NCBI GenBank assembly: GCA_964356815.1
Contig: CAYHIR010000005.1
Location: 1-48,513 of the forward strand
DNA length: 48,513 nt
Reading direction: 5' to 3'
Origin: an uncultured Candidatus Saccharibacteria bacterium
GTDB taxonomy: Bacteria; Patescibacteriota; Minisyncoccia; Phycocordibacterales; DATGWK01
A program made the translations under genes and the position numbers. Positions 7,316-16,377 of the stretch are shown piece after piece. The notes beneath the pieces were generated by a model. The model ran no database searches. It was given only the letters and a program-made list of their open reading frames with translations, and had not been told where the DNA came from. The first letter of the stretch is position 1. Every line of letters starts with the position of its first letter.

Positions 7316-7344
7316 AGTATACACCCAAATTGGCTTTCTGTCAA
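7316..7344 (-). promoter_or_regulatory. Sigma70-type promoter of the DGR target gene
   Basis: TTGACA-N17-TATACT. Confidence 0.75.
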
Positions 7345-7367
7345 GCTCACTCAGCTCGGCGGGCATA

Positions 7368-7802
7368 TTAAACAAACTCTTCAAAACATCTCCTCGTCGC
7401 TGGCCAAATGAGCATTTTTTCCATGTCGGATTTTGTAAACCAACCATGATCGGCAATTTCGCTGTCGTTCATGCGCACTCGGCCGGAAGAAATTTCGCAT
7501 AGCCACCAGTGCGTCGTCTGATCCCCCACATCGCCCGGCGTTTCGGCAATTTTTCGCGTTGGACGCACGAGCACATCGAGCTCTTCTTTCATTTCGCGCA
7601 CGAGCGCCGTTTTTTCATCTTCCCCATTTTCCAAATGCCCGCCCGGCGGATACCAATAGCCCGTAAATCGCCCAAAATCTTTTTTCGATTTTATTAAAAG
7701 AAATTTTTCGACGCTCGCCCTCGCGGCGGCGACAGCGTATGCGCCTCTGCCGGCGCCACTTTTAGCTTTTTTAGAAATTATGCCAACGACGACGTGTTTC
7801 AT
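7368..7802 (-). CDS. NUDIX hydrolase
   Basis: Nudix box GGHLENGEDEKTALVREMKEELDV. Confidence 0.9.
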   Translation of the reverse strand: MKHVVVGIISKKAKSGAGRGAYAVAAARASVEKFLLIKSKKDFGRFTGYWYPPGGHLENGEDEKTALVREMKEELDVLVRPTRKIAETPGDVGDQTTHWWLCEISSGRVRMNDSEIADHGWFTKSDMEKMLIWPATRRCFEEFV

Positions 7803-7805
7803 TTT

Positions 7806-8177
7806 TTAAATATGAGACCTAGCGGCGATGCCAAAATAATCAAAATATTTTTGTAAATCAACGAGCTTGGTGCCATACTCTTTGCCGCCTAAAATTGCGT
7901 CGCAAAAAAATTCGCGCGCTCGGCCGATTTCCTGAAGCCGCCCTTTTCCACCGCCATTTTTACTTCCACTTTTACTGTTCTCTCGCCAGCGTTTGTCTGA
8001 AAGAGTTAAATCGAACAATTCCAAAGCTCTGTCTGAAGCCGCATCGAAAAGTTTCTTATCTTTTCCCTCCTGTCTGGTCGCTCGCGAAACTTCACTGCCA
8101 ATATTCCCCATTTGTTCTGATAGAGAAAGCTCGCCCCATCGTCCAGCGGCTAAATTTTTGTGAATTGGTGGTGTCAT
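7806..8177 (-). CDS. Conserved hypothetical protein (helical)
   Basis: Clean 123-aa ORF, collinear with neighbours (RWGELSLSEQMGNIGSEVSRA); function unknown. Confidence 0.7.
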   Translation of the reverse strand: MTPPIHKNLAAGRWGELSLSEQMGNIGSEVSRATRQEGKDKKLFDAASDRALELFDLTLSDKRWRENSKSGSKNGGGKGRLQEIGRAREFFCDAILGGKEYGTKLVDLQKYFDYFGIAARSHI

Positions 8178-8189
8178 CGCGGCAATTTT

Positions 8190-8549
8190 TTATCGAATCA
8201 CGATTTTTCCAACAATTTCTCTTATTTTCTCTTTAATGGCCGCATCTCCCACACCCCTCGTCCTGTTTCCAAGCGCCGGCTTAAGATTGATCATCGAATC
8301 AAATTCAATAAAATCTTCTTCGTCAAATTTGTCTGGATAAATGTTTATGCCCCAAATATTGTTGTGCGAAGCTCTATTATCTTTCTCCATAAGCGTTGTT
8401 TCAATATCAACATGAAGCTCGCCACCAATGGCTACCGTTCCATTTTCAATATCAACTACCGCTTTTATCATGTCGCCAAAGCCTTCGGCGGCAATTCTTC
8501 GGAGCTCGGCGACAGTAATGGGTTTTTCTAGAATTTGGATTTCAAACAT
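8190..8549 (-). CDS. DUF5674-like protein
   Basis: MIKAVVDIE..GGELHVD..NIWGINIYP..IEFDSMINLKP..NRTRGV pattern, recalled as DUF5674; TGnTAAAAT 6 nt before the ATG. Confidence 0.7.
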   Translation of the reverse strand: MFEIQILEKPITVAELRRIAAEGFGDMIKAVVDIENGTVAIGGELHVDIETTLMEKDNRASHNNIWGINIYPDKFDEEDFIEFDSMINLKPALGNRTRGVGDAAIKEKIREIVGKIVIR

Positions 8550-8570
8550 GTCTTTATTTTAACAAAAATT

Positions 8571-11192
8571 TTATGCGCCATGACACTTCTTATACTTCTT
8601 TCCACTTCCACAAGGACAAAGTTCATTACGACCAACCTCTGGCACGCCGGAATTTTTTGCCGCAGACGCGGCAGAATTTTTCACATCACCACTCGGATTC
8701 GCTGCACCACCCACAAGGGCGGCATTTTCGTGCACTTCGGTAAGATTTTTTGGTGTTTCGACGACGATAGTACTGCCAAGATTTGGAATGGCTTTGAGAA
8801 GTTCGTCATCCACTGCGGCCTGCATTTCTTTGAAAAGACGGAGGCCCTCTTTGCGATATTCCACGAGCGGATCGCGCTGGCCGTAGGCACGAAGATTTAC
8901 ACTCGATCGCATGTAGTCCATCACTTCAAGATGTTCAACCCAAAAAGTGTCGATGATTTGTAAAAAAGCTTGACGAAGCACCGAGCCAAAACGCTCATCG
9001 CCAAGTGCGGTGCGTTTGTCTTGGATAATTTTTTGAAAATCGGGCGGCGGAGTATTGTTGGAACCGTCATCAACAAAATTTATATCATCCGACGGTACAA
9101 CACCTGCAACGACCTCGTTAACCTCCGCAAAAATCTCTTCGGTAGAACCAGTAAGAATTTTTCGGCGGCGATTGTAGACAGCGGCGCGTTGGACGTTTAA
9201 CACATCATCAAATTCGAGAATGCGTTTGCGGGCATCGAAATTAAAACCCTCTATCTTTGTCTGCGCTGACTCAAGCGAGCGCGTGATCATGCCGTTTTGG
9301 ATTGGTTCATCTTCAGCCAAGCCCATACGGCCCATGAGTTTTTTTACCGTGTCTGACGCAAAAACGCGCATCAGAGTGTCTTCGAGGGAAACAAAAAATT
9401 GTGTTTCGCCTTTGTCGCCCTGGCGACCAGAGCGGCCGCGGAGCTGATTGTCGATACGACGTGCTTCGTGTCGCTCGGTACCGATCACGAAAAGCCCGCC
9501 CATGGCTTCCACCTCATCACGCATTTCCGGTGTGGCTTGAATGCCGCCAAGCTTAATATCCACACCGCGGCCAGCCATGTTGGTGGCAATAGTTACCGCG
9601 CCTTTGCGACCGGCGGCGGCAATAATCTCACCTTCTTTTTCGTGATTTTTAGCATTCAAAAGCTCGTGCTTAATGCCTTCGTTTTTTAAATAGTCGGAAA
9701 GCAGTTCATTTTTTTCAATCGAAACTGTACCCACGAGCACCGGTCGGCCGGTGGCATTTAGCTCTTTGATACGCTTCGCGGTTGCCAAAAATTTGCCGTG
9801 TTCCGTTTGGAAAATGAAATCGTTGTGATCGAGGCGTTGCGGCGTTTTATTTGTAGGGATAGCAAAAATATCCAAGCCATAAACCTTGAAAAATTCTTCT
9901 TTCGAAGTGAGCGCTGTACCCGTCATACCCGCGAGCTTTTTATATAGACGAAAATAATTCTGGAAAGTGATAGACGCAAAAGTCCGCGACTCTTGCTCAA
10001 TTGGTACACCCTCTTTCGCTTCAATGGCCTGATGCAAACCTTCCGACCATCTTCGGCCCGGCTGCATGCGGCCGGTAAATTCATCAACAATGATGACTTG
10101 ATTGTCTTTCACAACATAGTTTCGGTCGCGCAAATAAAGAGCCTTAGCTTTGACCGCCGACTCCAAATGATGCACATACTTCATGCTTTTTTCGGTGTAA
10201 ATATTTTCCACGCCGAGCTTTTTCTCAGCGTAATCGATACCTGCTTCGGTGAGAGAAATGGCGTGAAGTTTTTCGTCGAGTGTGTAGTGATCATTTTCCT
10301 GCATGCCGACGGCAATCGACGCGAATTTTTCGTACAGTCTTTCCGACTGATTGAACGGTGCAGAAATAATGAGCGGTGTACGCGCTTCGTCTATTAAAAT
10401 AGAATCAACTTCATCGACAATTGCATAATTGTAGCCGCGCTGGCGCAAATTTTGCGGATTATATTCAATGTTGTCGCGCAAATAATCAAAACCGAATTCA
10501 TTATTCGTTCCATATGTAATGTCTGCTGCATACGCCTCTTTGCGCGTACATGGTCGCAAAAATTCGTGGACAACCTTAAATGAGCCGAGTTCGTCGCGTT
10601 CACTGTCTAGGTTTTTCGCGTCACCGTCGCCTGCGTCGACATTTTTTTCCGCGGCGTTTATGTGCGCCGCATCATACAAAAAAGATTGATCGTGATTGAT
10701 CACACCCACAGAAAGTCCGAGCGCATTGTAAATCTGTCCCATCCACACGGCGTCGCGGCGAGAAAGATAGTCGTTCACCGTCACCACATGCACACCGTCG
10801 CCACGCAAAGCATTTAAAAACGCGGGCAGTGTGGCGACGAGAGTTTTTCCTTCACCAGTGCGCATCTCCGCGCCGTTGCCTTTGTGCATAACAATGCCGC
10901 CGATAAGCTGAACATCGAAATGTCGCTGACCGAGTGTGCGCTTCGATGCTTCACGCACAAGGGCAAAAGCCTCGGGCAAAATTTCGTCGAGTACAGTCTC
11001 TAAATCTTCCGGCGCTGAGTCCTCTTTCGTGGCCGCTTTCACCCGCGCGCGTAGATCGGCCGTTTTAGCTTGCAGAGCCTCGTTTGAGAGCTTTTCTATA
11101 TCAGCCTCCAGGGCATTAATTTCCTCGACTAGGGGCAAAAAAACCTTTGTTTCTTGGCCTCCAGAGCCGAAAAGTTTTGAAATTATAGACAT
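8571..11192 (-). CDS. secA: Preprotein translocase subunit SecA
   Basis: [49 protein letters not shown] and C-terminal SEC-C ([13 protein letters not shown]). Confidence 0.98.
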   Translation of the reverse strand: MSIISKLFGSGGQETKVFLPLVEEINALEADIEKLSNEALQAKTADLRARVKAATKEDSAPEDLETVLDEILPEAFALVREASKRTLGQRHFDVQLIGGIVMHKGNGAEMRTGEGKTLVATLPAFLNALRGDGVHVVTVNDYLSRRDAVWMGQIYNALGLSVGVINHDQSFLYDAAHINAAEKNVDAGDGDAKNLDSERDELGSFKVVHEFLRPCTRKEAYAADITYGTNNEFGFDYLRDNIEYNPQNLRQRGYNYAIVDEVDSILIDEARTPLIISAPFNQSERLYEKFASIAVGMQENDHYTLDEKLHAISLTEAGIDYAEKKLGVENIYTEKSMKYVHHLESAVKAKALYLRDRNYVVKDNQVIIVDEFTGRMQPGRRWSEGLHQAIEAKEGVPIEQESRTFASITFQNYFRLYKKLAGMTGTALTSKEEFFKVYGLDIFAIPTNKTPQRLDHNDFIFQTEHGKFLATAKRIKELNATGRPVLVGTVSIEKNELLSDYLKNEGIKHELLNAKNHEKEGEIIAAAGRKGAVTIATNMAGRGVDIKLGGIQATPEMRDEVEAMGGLFVIGTERHEARRIDNQLRGRSGRQGDKGETQFFVSLEDTLMRVFASDTVKKLMGRMGLAEDEPIQNGMITRSLESAQTKIEGFNFDARKRILEFDDVLNVQRAAVYNRRRKILTGSTEEIFAEVNEVVAGVVPSDDINFVDDGSNNTPPPDFQKIIQDKRTALGDERFGSVLRQAFLQIIDTFWVEHLEVMDYMRSSVNLRAYGQRDPLVEYRKEGLRLFKEMQAAVDDELLKAIPNLGSTIVVETPKNLTEVHENAALVGGAANPSGDVKNSAASAAKNSGVPEVGRNELCPCGSGKKYKKCHGA

Positions 11193-11244
11193 AAAAAGAT
11201 ATAAAAATCGGGCTTATTGTAACACAAAAACACACATAAAGCCC

Positions 11245-11280
11245 AAAACAAAATCCTCCAATTTCGGAGGATTTTGTTTT
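11245..11280. terminator. Bidirectional intrinsic terminator
   Basis: AAAACAAAATCCTCC-AATTTC-GGAGGATTTTGTTTT, a perfect 15-bp stem with T runs on both strands. Confidence 0.8.
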
Positions 11281-11344
11281 TTCGAAAATTACGAAAATCT
11301 CTTGAACACTCTCGGCTGTTTAAGGCCTTGAATGCCGCAAAAAT

Positions 11345-11434
11345 TTATCGGCGACGCTTTGTTGCTTTTTTCTTCGCCTTTGTCTTTCGCTTTGTAGTCT
11401 TGCGCTTGGTTGTGCGCTTTGCTTTTTTCTTCAT
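11345..11434 (-). CDS. Small Lys/Arg-rich basic peptide (histone-H1/protamine-like), 29 aa
   Basis: MKKKAKRTTKRKTTKRKTKAKKKATKRRR*, ATG to TAA, followed by the 11245-11280 terminator; below the ORF-track cutoff. Confidence 0.6.
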   Translation of the reverse strand: MKKKAKRTTKRKTTKRKTKAKKKATKRRR

Positions 11435-11640
11435 TTTTTTTGCGCGTAGAACGCGAATTATTGATAAGCTCGCACTTGTGTTGGATCGAAAAATAAAATC
11501 TTTTTTCTTTTATTTATTTCAACAAAGCCGAGAGAGTTTGTGGCCTACGACCATTACTAATTATGCGCTCAATTTGTTTTCAAAACAATAATTTTGCGCA
11601 CGCAAATGTGGATAACTAAAAAAATATTTTCGCGCGATGT

Positions 11641-12720
11641 TTACGCCGCGCGATTTTTTATTTTTTCATTACTCACCCACTCTACTTCTGGTTCTAAAAT
11701 TATTTTTGTTTTTTCTTTTACGATGAGTGCGATTGTCTCCGCGAAATTTTTTATATCGCGCGATGTTGCACCGCCACGATTCACAATAACAAGCGCTTGA
11801 TTTTCATATGTCGAAACTTTTTCTGTGCCGCGACCAGCAAGCCCTGCAATATGATCGATAATCCACGCGGCAGAAACTTTTAGCTTACCCCCACCCACCG
11901 AATGACCAGGCAAAAGTGGAAATTGCGCGCGAATTTCAGTGGCACGAGTCTCACTTATAATTGGATTCTTAAAAAACGAGCCGGCATTGGGTACAATTTC
12001 CGGATCGGGCAATTTTCGACGGCGAATGACGATGACTGCTTGGCGAACATCTTGATTTGTCGGCGCGGAAATATTGGCGTTTTCTGGAGAAAAATATTGT
12101 GCCAAATCTTTGTATGAAATATTTGGCCGCGCGGATTTTGCCAAACTTAAACAAAGAGCAATTTTTGTAATAATAAATTTTTTACCAGCCGGAGTTTTAA
12201 AAACACTCATCCGATAATCAAACTGACACTCATCGCGAGTCATTCGCACAAATTTTCCACTTTCAACATCAAAAACTTCGACCCATTCCAAAATATTTGA
12301 GAGCTCAACACCGTACGCGCCGATGTTTTGCACCGCCGCGGCACCCACGAGCCCTGGTATGAGTGAAAGATTTTCCAAGCCGCCCCAACCACGCTCAACA
12401 GTGTCGCGCACTAAGTCATCCCACTTTTCGCCGGCGCTCGCAATTACCAAACTTTTATCTGCGCCCGTATCCGCCGTTTCTACTGCTTCATACTCAATTC
12501 CCTTTTCAACTATTTTTATAACCACCGCATCGAACGGATCATCAGACACTAGCAAGTTTGAACCTGCGCCCAGAAAAAACATTGGCAAATTTTTTGCCTG
12601 CGCAAAAGCTACTGCCTCGGGCAGTTTTTTTGTGTCGGAAATAGTTATAAAAAAGCGTGCTGGCCCGCCGACTCTAAATGTCGTGAGCGAAGATAACGGT
12701 ACAGATTCTTGGATATCCAT
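11641..12720 (-). CDS. murB: UDP-N-acetylenolpyruvoylglucosamine reductase
   Basis: TTFRVGGPA, GAGSNLL, GLENLSLIPGLVGAAAVQNIGAYG, PNAGSFFKNP and LEPEV motifs. Start moved to ATG 12720 (MDIQ). Confidence 0.95.
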   Translation of the reverse strand: MDIQESVPLSSLTTFRVGGPARFFITISDTKKLPEAVAFAQAKNLPMFFLGAGSNLLVSDDPFDAVVIKIVEKGIEYEAVETADTGADKSLVIASAGEKWDDLVRDTVERGWGGLENLSLIPGLVGAAAVQNIGAYGVELSNILEWVEVFDVESGKFVRMTRDECQFDYRMSVFKTPAGKKFIITKIALCLSLAKSARPNISYKDLAQYFSPENANISAPTNQDVRQAVIVIRRRKLPDPEIVPNAGSFFKNPIISETRATEIRAQFPLLPGHSVGGGKLKVSAAWIIDHIAGLAGRGTEKVSTYENQALVIVNRGGATSRDIKNFAETIALIVKEKTKIILEPEVEWVSNEKIKNRAA

Positions 12721-12742
12721 GAAGTAAATTCCGCCCTGTCGC

Positions 12743-12797
12743 GGCCGCCGGCTGCGAGCTCCTAAACAAATGTCTATGTGAGTGCTAACCGGCGGCC
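12743..12797 (-). promoter_or_regulatory. GC-rich hairpin in the murB 5' leader
   Basis: GGCCGCCGG/CCGGCGGCC 9-bp stem ending 22 nt upstream of the murB ATG. Confidence 0.55.
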
Positions 12798-12934
12798 ATG
12801 GCAAAGCGCAATGATTTTCACTTCAAGGCGCGATCGGACCATTAAATGATAACAAAACTTCAAATATATAAACACACCCTATTCAAGAAATATTTAAAAA
12901 ATTATAAAAACCATACTCCGCCGCCGGCGAGACC

Positions 12935-12964
12935 AGAAACGCAAAACCCCGCCGAAGCGGGGCC
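12935..12964 (-). terminator. Intrinsic terminator with UUCG tetraloop
   Basis: CCCCGC-UUCG-GCGGGG then UUUUGCGUUUCU. Confidence 0.75.
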
Positions 12965-13012
12965 TTACGCAGACATTCGTTTGTTTGGGCTAGCGGTTGG
13001 CTAGCACTCACA
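12940..13012 (-). ncRNA. Candidate ~70-nt small RNA or attenuated leader upstream of murB
   Basis: Short non-coding interval between a consensus promoter and an intrinsic terminator; internal GCUAGC-CAACC-GCUAGC hairpin. Confidence 0.5.
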
Positions 13013-13018
13013 AGAGGT

Positions 13019-13047
13019 ATCCTAGCAGATTCGAGTAAAAATGTCAA
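13019..13047 (-). promoter_or_regulatory. Sigma70-type promoter
   Basis: TTGACA-N17-TAGGAT with TG-C extended -10. Confidence 0.7.
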
Positions 13048-13078
13048 GCCCTTGGTCAGTAGAGTTGTGCACACCTCC

Positions 13079-15322
13079 CTACGGATTCCTGCCCGCCTGA
13101 ATTTCTTTTATATAATAATCGGCTTGATTTTTGGTCGCCGGAATTATCTCACCGACACGGCGAAGCTCAGAAATGGCGGCTGGTCTGTTGCCTGCTCTCA
13201 AATAAGCAGCGGCTAAAGAAAAATAGTGCTGAGGATTTTCTGGATCGATTTTTATTCTCTTCTTAATAATCTCAGCGGCCCGAGAATACTCACCAACGGC
13301 AGAAAGAGCGATCAAAATTCTCTCCTCAGAGGCAATTTCTCTTTCTTCAAGATCGGCTAGCAAATAATCGGCGAGCTTTAGATCTTTGGCGTATATTGCG
13401 CCGATAGCATACATAACTTTTGCCTCACCAAACTCCGGCGCCGAGTCGTAAGCCATCTTTAATTTTTCTAGAGCCGCCTTTGGGTTGCCACTATTTATAT
13501 AGGCTGTGCCGAGTTCAAAAAAGATTTGCTGTTTTTTTGGCGAAGTTTCGAGAGCTTTTTCTAAAACGCTCACAGCGTCATCAAAACGCTCGAGTCGAGC
13601 CAACAAACTGCCGAAAAACAAAAGGTAGCGGGTATCGTTTGGAGTTTCGCTTATTTGAATTTCATATTGCCTGACCGCTTCATCTTGAAAAGCCTTGCGA
13701 GTCTCTGAAGAAACCCCGTCGGCTTGAAATTTATTTAGATTAAAAAACATTTGCTCGCGAATCTCTGGGTTGCCGAAAGTATTTAAATCGAGAGCTTTGT
13801 TGAAATTTGCGAGAGCAACCTCGGCAGTTAATTTTTGATCTCTTGAGGAAGCGATGGCATCTAGAAGCGTCCGATTGGCAGAAAGTGGTTTGATATTGAC
13901 GGTGTAAATCATAAAAATCATCGCCAAAAAGACTACTGGCACGAGTACCATTTGGGCCACATTTTTATTTTCAGCCACACTATTTAGCCAACCGATAGCC
14001 GCTTTGGATTTTGTTGAATCAAAATGGAAAAATGCGAGCAGAGAAAAAAGATAAATGTAGCCCATCAAATTGTCGAAAACGAAAATACTTTGGAATATAT
14101 AGCCGGCGATCAGACCAAGAAAAATCGCTTTTTCTTTTACACTAAGCGAACTGCGGAGAGTGTAGAAAACTAACGCCGCCAAAATGGCTAGGTATGAGAG
14201 AAGGCCGAGTAATCCGCCAGCGATTAGCCAATCGAGAAACGCATTGTGTGTGCGGTCGAACCAAGACTCTTGATTGAACATGGCCGGATTGTAGTGCTCG
14301 TTGAAAACATAATTGAAACCTTCCTGACCCCAGCCGAGAATCGGTCTCTCTTTAAAACCTTCAATTGCCATCGGCCAAACGAAATAACGGCCTTGAGATT
14401 TTATTTCGCTCGGTGATAGCGAAGCGAAGCGAGCGAGCACCGGACTTTTCTGCACAAAGTCAGAACCGCGAGCCAACCAAAATCCACCCACGAGAACCGC
14501 AAGAACGACCAGACCACCAATCGCAAACTTGCGGACTTTTTTATCCTGACGCTCAAAAATCGCAATAATGAGCGCGGTTAAAATTGCTCCGCCAACGAGA
14601 CCGAGAATCACGCCTCTACTAGCCGTGTTGTAGAGAATAGTGGTCTGCAGGGCGATTGCCACGAGATATAAATAGCGCGACCACGCAAAATCGCCGCCAT
14701 CGCGCGCACGGCCGCGTGTGCGGTCGTTGCGATCATTTTCATTTTGCCGCGGCGATCTTACAAAAAGAAAAACGGCGAAAAAGATATTGAAAAGCATGTA
14801 GACGGCCAAATAAATGGCGTTGCCCATCGTGCCGTCTAGGCGCACACCACCCTGATTGATAACCATTTTTCCTGCGAGCTGAAGGAAACCATAAAAACAC
14901 ATGATGATGCTCGCGATGACAGAAGTGTTTAAAAACACTCGCCAAAGTTTTTCGGTATTTAATACGCTACTAACCACCAAAAAATACATAAAAACGTGAA
15001 TAAGGGTCAAAAAACCTTCCATGCGTTCGTAATTACTCCAAAAACTTTTATATGGATTGATGCCAAAAAAGTCGGCCACACCAATAATGGCCACAAAAGC
15101 CGTCACTGCCACCAAAATCCAAGAGAAGCGCGGCAAAAAAGTGCGTTCCCGCACAGCGAGCAAAACCCAAAGCGCAAAAATAATTTCCACACCGATTCTA
15201 AAAGTGAAAGCTTTGCCAGTGATGAACGGAAAAAATTGCGAGTCGGTGACGATAAAAGGTATGAAGAGAACGGCGAGGAGGCCGGTGATGAGGGTGCGGC
15301 TAAGAATCTGTTTAACAGACAT
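13079..15322 (-). CDS. O-antigen ligase/polymerase-like (Wzy_C) membrane protein with C-terminal TPR domain
   Basis: About 12 TM segments, TASRG, RYFVWPMAIEGFKERPILGWGQEGF and DRTHNAFLDWL motifs, TPR-like tail. Start moved to ATG 15322. Confidence 0.85.
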   Translation of the reverse strand: MSVKQILSRTLITGLLAVLFIPFIVTDSQFFPFITGKAFTFRIGVEIIFALWVLLAVRERTFLPRFSWILVAVTAFVAIIGVADFFGINPYKSFWSNYERMEGFLTLIHVFMYFLVVSSVLNTEKLWRVFLNTSVIASIIMCFYGFLQLAGKMVINQGGVRLDGTMGNAIYLAVYMLFNIFFAVFLFVRSPRQNENDRNDRTRGRARDGGDFAWSRYLYLVAIALQTTILYNTASRGVILGLVGGAILTALIIAIFERQDKKVRKFAIGGLVVLAVLVGGFWLARGSDFVQKSPVLARFASLSPSEIKSQGRYFVWPMAIEGFKERPILGWGQEGFNYVFNEHYNPAMFNQESWFDRTHNAFLDWLIAGGLLGLLSYLAILAALVFYTLRSSLSVKEKAIFLGLIAGYIFQSIFVFDNLMGYIYLFSLLAFFHFDSTKSKAAIGWLNSVAENKNVAQMVLVPVVFLAMIFMIYTVNIKPLSANRTLLDAIASSRDQKLTAEVALANFNKALDLNTFGNPEIREQMFFNLNKFQADGVSSETRKAFQDEAVRQYEIQISETPNDTRYLLFFGSLLARLERFDDAVSVLEKALETSPKKQQIFFELGTAYINSGNPKAALEKLKMAYDSAPEFGEAKVMYAIGAIYAKDLKLADYLLADLEEREIASEERILIALSAVGEYSRAAEIIKKRIKIDPENPQHYFSLAAAYLRAGNRPAAISELRRVGEIIPATKNQADYYIKEIQAGRNP

Positions 15323-15373
15323 AGAGAATAATATAGCACAAAACAAACCCCACCTAAGCTGAGCAAGAAGGTG

Positions 15374-16336
15374 CTATAGAGTTTGTTCAATAATATTATG
15401 TACATGAATTATTCCAGTTAACTGTTTTTTAGAATTGACCACAAAAATACTAGTTATTTTGTAGTTTTCCATGGTAGACAATGCGATTTGTAGTGAGTCT
15501 TCTTCTTGAACACACTTGGGTTTTGAGGTCATAACATCTTTCGCCAAACACTCATCCATCTTATTACTTTGCAAAATAAATCTTCTAATATCTCCGTCGG
15601 TGATAACGCCCACGACATTATCTTGAGAACCAACCACTGCGGTTACCCCGAGGTTTTTATTATTTATTTCTTTTATAGCATCCAAAAAACTACTCGTTTT
15701 TTTTACCTTCGGAACTTTGCTACCGCTTATCATACTATCTTTAACCTGTTTAAGACGTAGACCAAGTGAACCTCCGGGGTGATACACGGCAAAATGTTTA
15801 TCTTTAAAAGCACCGTTTATTACGGCTGCAACAATCATGTCGCATATAACCAGCGTGGCTGTTGTCGATGCCATCGGGGCAAAACCATTCGGGCTCCCCT
15901 CACTTTCAACGGGAACTTCTACACAACAATCTGAAATTCTCCCGAGAGAAGAGCCCTTATTTTTGCAAAGCACAACAACGGGAACATTAAAATTTTTCTT
16001 GGCGTAGTTAACGATACTTATAACCTCTTTTGATTCTCCGGAAAAAGATAGAGCGATCAAAACATCTCCCTTCGACAATATACCGAGATCACCATGTAAA
16101 GCTTCGGTTGGGTGGATATAAAAAGCTCGCTCGCCAAGAGAAACTAGTGATGCTGTAAACTTTTGACCAATAAACCCCGACTTTCCGATACCAGTCACAA
16201 CAATATCTCCTTTTCTATCTTTAATTGTTTTTGCTGCCCGAATAACATCTGTAATAGAACCATCCAAACCTCTCAAAGCATCCTTAGCTGCATCAAGTGT
16301 TTTTCTTGCTCGATTCTCTGTATTTTTTCCTTTCAT
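15374..16336 (-). CDS. kpsF: KpsF/GutQ-family arabinose-5-phosphate isomerase (SIS + 2 CBS)
   Basis: VTGIGKSGFIG, HPTEALHGDLG, SFSGES, APMASTT, HPGGSLG and a CBS pair. Confidence 0.9.
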   Translation of the reverse strand: MKGKNTENRARKTLDAAKDALRGLDGSITDVIRAAKTIKDRKGDIVVTGIGKSGFIGQKFTASLVSLGERAFYIHPTEALHGDLGILSKGDVLIALSFSGESKEVISIVNYAKKNFNVPVVVLCKNKGSSLGRISDCCVEVPVESEGSPNGFAPMASTTATLVICDMIVAAVINGAFKDKHFAVYHPGGSLGLRLKQVKDSMISGSKVPKVKKTSSFLDAIKEINNKNLGVTAVVGSQDNVVGVITDGDIRRFILQSNKMDECLAKDVMTSKPKCVQEEDSLQIALSTMENYKITSIFVVNSKKQLTGIIHVHNIIEQTL

Positions 16337-16377
16337 GTTCTATAAGGTATCACATGTTTAATATCACGACGAAGAAT

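Larger units (their letters stand above)
4436..7344. mobile_element. Diversity-generating retroelement cassette (RT, avd, TR, target gene with VR)
   Basis: DGR-type RT, four-helix Avd-like ORF and an adenine-only-mismatched TR/VR pair within 3 kb. Confidence 0.95.

Noticed and set aside
11607-11615. DnaA box (TTATCCACA, minus strand) as a replication origin marker
   Set aside because: A single box with no cluster and no dnaA/dnaN nearby.
12721-12804. N-terminal extension of MurB in the ORF track (MPWPPVSTH...)
   Set aside because: MurB homology starts at MDIQ (12720); the upstream segment is better explained as a structured leader. Similar over-extended starts were trimmed for dsbB, the ligase-like gene, GT4s, the PEP-CTERM-like gene and RelB.
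12780-13009. CIRCE (HrcA) operator suggested by GAGTGCTAA (12780-12788) and CTAGCACTC (13001-13009)
   Set aside because: Only isolated half-sites about 210 nt apart; neither has the partner half at 9-nt spacing, and no chaperone gene is adjacent.
14419-14440. GCGAAGCGAAGCGAGCGAGC REP-like repeat
   Set aside because: It lies within the coding sequence (ARFASL), has no flanking stem and no other copy was seen.
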